Source: an uncultured Candidatus Saccharibacteria bacterium (GTDB lineage: Bacteria; Patescibacteriota; UBA1384; XYA2-FULL-43-10; 1-14-0-10-43-13). From it: a stretch of 64,000 nt of DNA. Location: NCBI GenBank assembly GCA_964419835.1, contig CAYQPT010000003.1:799-64798 (forward strand), read 5' to 3'. The notes under the pieces are model-generated. The model was not told the DNA's origin. It did no database searches and saw only the letters and a list, made by a program, of their open reading frames with translations. This document shows positions 60,297 through 64,000 of the stretch, piece by piece. The stretch's first letter is position 1. Each line of letters begins with the position of its first letter. The position numbers were made by a program, and so were the translations under genes.

Positions 60297-60297
60297 A

Positions 60298-60379
60298 CAG
60301 TAAATAAGGATTAAGTAAATATGTAAATAAGTAATATGCAACCAAACTTACTACTTATTCACTTACAACTTACAACTTA
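60298..60379 (+). repeat. Family A spacer hairpin (degenerate)
   Basis: cagtaaataaggattaagtaaatatgtaaataagt ... acttactacttattcacttacaacttacaactt. Confidence 0.85.
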
Positions 60380-60384
60380 AAATT

Positions 60385-60978
60385 ATGATAGACGCATGCA
60401 AAAAATGTAGAAGAGAAGGCGAGAAGTTACTCCTTAAAGGTGAGCGATGTTTGGGACCAAAATGTGCAGTCGTAAAAAGACCCTATGCACCAGGTCAACA
60501 TGGACAAGCTCGTTTTACTAAAATGAGTGAGTATGGAAAGCAGCTCAGGGAAAAACAAAAAGCCCGACGCATTTATGGTATGGGAGAAACTCAGTTTGCT
60601 AATTACGCTGAAGCAGCCGGAAAAGCCGAGGGTAATACTTCATTAAACCTTATGAAATTGCTTGAAACACGTCTAGATAATGTTGTTTACAGACTAAACT
60701 TTGCAGATTCAAGATCAAAGAGCCGGCAAATGGTTTCTCATGGTCTTGTTCTTGTTAACGGCAAAAAGCTTTCACTTCCTTCATATCACTTAAAAGAAGG
60801 TGATGAAATTAGCTTAAAACACCCAGATAAAGAAGCCGATGCAAGAAAAGTAAATATTCCTTCATGGATGGAGCTAGATGCTAAAAAAGGTATCGGCAAA
60901 GTCAAACATATTCCAACGCGGGAAGAAATTGATACAACTGTGAATGAGAATTTAATAATTGAGTTTTACTCTAGATAA
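60385..60978 (+). CDS. rpsD: 30S ribosomal protein uS4 (Cys-containing form)
   Basis: CKKCRREG...C...C, QLREKQK, LETRLDNVVYR, IIEFYSR. Confidence 0.99.
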   Translation: MIDACKKCRREGEKLLLKGERCLGPKCAVVKRPYAPGQHGQARFTKMSEYGKQLREKQKARRIYGMGETQFANYAEAAGKAEGNTSLNLMKLLETRLDNVVYRLNFADSRSKSRQMVSHGLVLVNGKKLSLPSYHLKEGDEISLKHPDKEADARKVNIPSWMELDAKKGIGKVKHIPTREEIDTTVNENLIIEFYSR

Positions 60979-61006
60979 TCCGCCAGCCGGCGGAACAGGA
61001 GATATT

Positions 61007-61963
61007 ATGGAAAAAATTGGACTACCTAAAATTTTTGAAGAGAAAATTGACAAAAATCACTCACGGTTTACAATCGAACCGCTTTATCCGGGTTATGGCC
61101 CAACATTAGGAAATTCACTCCGAAGAGTACTCTTGTCGTCAATTACCGGAGCAGCAGCCACATCATTCAAGGTTGAAGGCATCAATCATGAGTTTTCATC
61201 TATTCCTCATGTTAAAGAGGATGTTGTTGAACTTATGATGAACCTAAAGCAAATTAACTTCAAAGCTTTCTCAGACGAGCCAGTGATTATTGAGCTTACA
61301 AAGAAAGGCCCGGGAGTTGTTAAAGCTGGTGATTTTAAAGCAAACAGTAATATTGAGATTACAAATCCCGACCAACACCTTCTCTCACTTGATAATAAGG
61401 CAGACTTCTATATGGAAGTTATTGTAGAGAAAGACAGGGGATTTAGACCTGCTTCTGTCGCAACCGGCGAAAAGAAAGAAATCGGCCGAATTGCAGTTGA
61501 TGCTTCATTCTCACCAATCGAAAGAATCAGCTTCACAGTTGAGGATACTCGAGTTGGACAAATGACAAACTTTGACAAATTAGTGCTTGATGTTATCACA
61601 AACGGTACAGTTACAGCCGAGTATGCGTTGAAAGAGGCGTCAAAAGTTTTGGTTGACCATTACTCCTCTATTATGAATGACGAAAGCTTTGATTTGGAAG
61701 TTACAGAAAAATTCCAGAAGGAAGAGGAAATTATTGAGCCATCTGAAACTCTAGAAGAGATGGAAGACGGCGGTTCAGTTAGTTTTGAGGGAAAGCTAAA
61801 GATTGAAGAAGCCGGATTTTCACCGCGAACAACAAATGCTTTAGTTAACGCCGGAATCAAAACAATTGCAGGACTCAAGAGATTATCCACCTTGAAGATT
61901 GAAGAAATCAAAGGTCTTGGTAAAAAGGGAATTGACGAAATCAAAGATAAGTTAAACAGCTAG
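61007..61963 (+). CDS. rpoA: RNA polymerase alpha subunit
   Basis: EPLYPGYG.TLGNSLRR.LLSS, HEFS.IP.VKED, alpha-CTD RTTNAL; RBS aggag before ATG 61007. Confidence 0.98.
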   Translation: MEKIGLPKIFEEKIDKNHSRFTIEPLYPGYGPTLGNSLRRVLLSSITGAAATSFKVEGINHEFSSIPHVKEDVVELMMNLKQINFKAFSDEPVIIELTKKGPGVVKAGDFKANSNIEITNPDQHLLSLDNKADFYMEVIVEKDRGFRPASVATGEKKEIGRIAVDASFSPIERISFTVEDTRVGQMTNFDKLVLDVITNGTVTAEYALKEASKVLVDHYSSIMNDESFDLEVTEKFQKEEEIIEPSETLEEMEDGGSVSFEGKLKIEEAGFSPRTTNALVNAGIKTIAGLKRLSTLKIEEIKGLGKKGIDEIKDKLNS

Positions 61964-61984
61964 ACGGTTAATCGGTATTCTACA

Positions 61985-62461
61985 ATGAGAAAATTTGGAA
62001 GAAAAAAATCAAATAGAGAACATATGCTTCGAAACTTGGCCACTTCGCTTGTTTTATTTGAAACAGTCGACACCACAGAAGCCAAGGCAAAAGAAGTAAA
62101 AACTTTTTTGGATATAATTTTAGCCCGAAACATGGGAACCGAGTTGGTTAACAGACGAGCACTGCTTGCAACTTTCTTTGATAGAAATGCAGTAGAGAAA
62201 ATTATTAACGAATTAACCCCTAGATACGCAGGTAGAAAAAGCGGCTATATCCGATCATTTCATTTAAAAAACCGTCTTGGTGATAACGCTCCTATGATGC
62301 GTCTCGAACTGGTTGATAAAAAAGTATTTGTTGGCGAAGAGAAAACAGTAGCCACTTCCGTTAAAACCAAAGCAGATAAAAAAGAAGAAAAAGCTGACAA
62401 AAAAAGCGAAGCTACTGTTACGGTAAAGCCAAAAGGTGAAAAGAAAACGGAGAAGAAATAA
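61985..62461 (+). CDS. rplQ: 50S ribosomal protein bL17 with Lys-rich tail
   Basis: MLRNLATSL, TTEAKAKE, RLGDNAPM. Confidence 0.98.
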   Translation: MRKFGRKKSNREHMLRNLATSLVLFETVDTTEAKAKEVKTFLDIILARNMGTELVNRRALLATFFDRNAVEKIINELTPRYAGRKSGYIRSFHLKNRLGDNAPMMRLELVDKKVFVGEEKTVATSVKTKADKKEEKADKKSEATVTVKPKGEKKTEKK

Positions 62462-62871
62462 TGCAAAAAAGCGAAATTAAAAGAGATTGGTATATATTCG
62501 ATGCAAAAGATGCTGTTCTCGGACGATTGTGCACAGAGATTGCAGACCTTTTGCGTGGAAAGAAGAAGCCATCATTTGTGAACAACCAAGACTATGGTGA
62601 CTATGTGGTTGTTATCAATGCTGAAAAGGTTGTTCTAACTGGTAAAAAAGAAGAAACAAAGAGATATTACAAACATACCGGATACATTGGCAACCTAAAG
62701 ACCAAAACTCTTACTGAAATCAGAGAAAGCAAACCTGAATTCATTATCAAAAATGCTGTCTTAGGAATGCTCCCAAAAAACAAACTACGAGATCAATTTG
62801 CCAGCAGGTTGAAAATATATGCTGGCAAAGATCATCCACATGTAAACGCAAAGTTCATTAATCAGCAGTAA
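62461..62871 (+). CDS. rplM: 50S ribosomal protein uL13
   Basis: WYIFDA...LGRL, GDYVVVINAEK, AVLGMLPKN. Confidence 0.98.
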   Translation: MQKSEIKRDWYIFDAKDAVLGRLCTEIADLLRGKKKPSFVNNQDYGDYVVVINAEKVVLTGKKEETKRYYKHTGYIGNLKTKTLTEIRESKPEFIIKNAVLGMLPKNKLRDQFASRLKIYAGKDHPHVNAKFINQQ

Positions 62872-62977
62872 GCGTGTAAGCGAATAAGTCACCGCCTTTG
62901 GCGGGATCCCCTCAGAATGCGGGACAAGTAATCAATATTGAAACCCAATCAACTAACTACTATCAACTAACTACTAA
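62868..62977 (+). repeat. Family D spacer with a nested REP-like double hairpin (62892-62925)
   Basis: taagcgtgtaagcgaataag [ccgcctttggcgggatcccctcagaatgcgggac] ... tcaactaactacta twice. Confidence 0.7.
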
Positions 62978-62980
62978 TTT

Positions 62981-63367
62981 ATGGCTGAAACAACAAAAAC
63001 AACAGAATATTGGAGCGGTACAGGCAGAAGAAAAACTGCAGTAGCTTCCGTACGGATTTATGAGAATAGCAAAGAAATGACAGTAAATGCTAAAACTATA
63101 GATCTGGCAGAACCAACACTAGCACCTTTTGAACTGGTTGGTAAAAAAGGTTCATTTGGTATTACTGTAAAGGTAAGCGGCGGCGGAAAAGAAAGCCAGT
63201 TAGATGCTATTAGACATGGAATTGCCAGAGCGCTTGAGAAATTTAACCCGGAATTCAGATCTTCACTTAAAAAAGCAGGATTCCTAACACGAGATTCAAG
63301 AGAGAAAGAGCGAAAGAAACCAGGCCTAAAGGGCGCTCGACGAGCCCCACAATGGGCGAAGAGGTAA
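62981..63367 (+). CDS. rpsI: 30S ribosomal protein uS9
   Basis: GTGRRKTAVASVR, GGGKESQ, ERKKPGLKGARRAPQWAKR. Confidence 0.98.
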   Translation: MAETTKTTEYWSGTGRRKTAVASVRIYENSKEMTVNAKTIDLAEPTLAPFELVGKKGSFGITVKVSGGGKESQLDAIRHGIARALEKFNPEFRSSLKKAGFLTRDSREKERKKPGLKGARRAPQWAKR

Positions 63368-63499
63368 CGAGCCCATTGAGGGACAAAAGGGGTCGGGAAA
63401 AAGGATTTTTCCCGTGTGGGGTGACCTGAGCGGAGCGAGAATCAGAGGGCGGAAGCCCTATGAAGAGCACAAGCGACCCACGAGTGGGCCAAGAGGTAA
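63368..63499 (+). mobile_element. Small structured element flanked by a duplication of the rpsI 3' end
   Basis: tgggcgaagaggtaa (63353-63367) vs tgggccaagaggtaa (63485-63499); internal hairpins. Confidence 0.5.
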
Positions 63500-63508
63500 T
63501 ACCCTTTT

Positions 63509-63533
63509 GTCATTCCCGAGAAGTCGGGAATCT
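63509..63533. repeat. REP-like gtcattccc-N-gggaatct palindrome
   Basis: gtcattcccgagaagtcgggaatct; same family as 26520-26544 in reverse orientation. Confidence 0.8.
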
Positions 63534-63562
63534 TGCACAGCAAATATCAGACTATATACATC

Positions 63563-63590
63563 AAAAAATCGAGAGCAATCTCGATTTTTT
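63563..63590. terminator. Bidirectional terminator
   Basis: aaaaaatcgaga-gcaa-tctcgatttttt. Confidence 0.85.
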
Positions 63591-63600
63591 GTATTCTAGA

Positions 63601-63849
63601 CTATTTTTTTGACCAAAGTGCGCTCTTTTCCTCTCTTTTCAATCGCTTAATCTCAAGCTCTCTTTTTCTGGCCTCGGCGATAGTTCCATACTGCTCATAA
63701 TATTTTAAGATGACTGGCCGGCGGATCTTTGTATAGTGTGCTCCTGATTTTGACTCATTGTGCTGCAGTAATCTCTTCTTTAGGTTATTTGTACAGCCCG
63801 TGTAATAAGTGCTGTCCGCACACTCCAGTATGTAAACAAAATAAGACAC
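63601..63849 (-). CDS. Stand-alone GIY-YIG nuclease (UPF0213/YazA-like)
   Basis: YFVYILECADSTYYTG.T..L..R..QHN...GAHYT..RRP, A..RE..IK. Confidence 0.92.
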   Translation of the reverse strand: MSYFVYILECADSTYYTGCTNNLKKRLLQHNESKSGAHYTKIRRPVILKYYEQYGTIAEARKRELEIKRLKREEKSALWSKK

Positions 63850-63851
63850 TT

Positions 63852-64000
63852 TTATTGCTTGTCGTATTTTTCAACAAACTTTTTTATCTCTTCAATGTTT
63901 TCTAAAACCAATTTTGCTTTTTTGACGCCAAATTGAAAAGGGTATTGGTCGTCCTCATTGTTCTTGATTACGATCATGCGGTTACCTTTGAATTCCGATT
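63852..64000 (-). CDS. 3' part of a small hypothetical protein (truncated by window edge)
   Basis: ...SEFKGNRMIVIKNNEDDQYPFQFGVKKAKLVLENIEEIKKFVEKYDKQ*, ending 2 nt before the GIY-YIG start. Confidence 0.7.
   Translation of the reverse strand, partial: SEFKGNRMIVIKNNEDDQYPFQFGVKKAKLVLENIEEIKKFVEKYDKQ

Noticed and set aside
42306-60379. CRISPR array interpretation of the recurring spacers
   Set aside because: The repeats are degenerate 7-8 nt units dispersed between housekeeping genes, not identical 25-45 nt repeats with unique spacers; no cas genes are present.
60959-61006. N-terminal extension of RpoA in the ORF track (also the extended starts of obgE, liaF-like and the sugar transferase)
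   Set aside because: For rpoA the upstream start overlaps rpsD and a REP palindrome, and the SD supports ATG 61007. For the others, family-typical N-termini or promoter positions support the later ATGs.
1-64000. tRNA or rRNA genes, integrases, transposases, reverse transcriptases, defence systems
   Set aside because: None were recognised in the ORF track or intergenic sequence; the many short antisense ORFs within core genes are treated as shadows.

Overview
Core-genome window of a bacterium that looks like Patescibacteria/CPR. The basis is inference: no rpmD/uL30 between rpsE and rplO, no rplKAJL before rpoB, and a DUF4012 gene. TGA acts as a stop (rpsG, rplP). In order, the window holds a surface-glycan locus, gyrB-gyrA, infB, surface/secreted proteins, liaF-like-dacA-cdaR-LysM/CHAP, obgE, rpoBC, a str operon split by a 4.8 kb accessory block, and the S10-spc-alpha clusters through rplM-rpsI, followed by a GIY-YIG nuclease. 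The strongest signals are non-coding. (1) A ~600 nt GC-rich, multi-helix putative RNA lies between rpsJ and rplC; most of its non-Watson-Crick stem pairs are G-U on the + strand. (2) About 25 intergenic 70-125 bp imperfect hairpins, built from 7-8 nt tandem units in several sequence families, occupy most non-overlapping junctions of the ribosomal/RNAP/gyrase operons. (3) A 119-bp element is duplicated after rpoB and rpsL, with a compensatory base change. (4) There are several REP-like palindrome families, two copies of which sit in frame inside coding sequences, and an element that duplicates the 3' end of rpsI. Protein-level oddities are an EF-G with both guanine-contacting motifs altered (NKIN, GGDGRG), a thioredoxin-like protein with SxxS in place of CxxC, a GyrB acidic insertion, an extended bL36, and two or three single-base frameshifts. 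Everything was read by eye; no database search or folding program was run.
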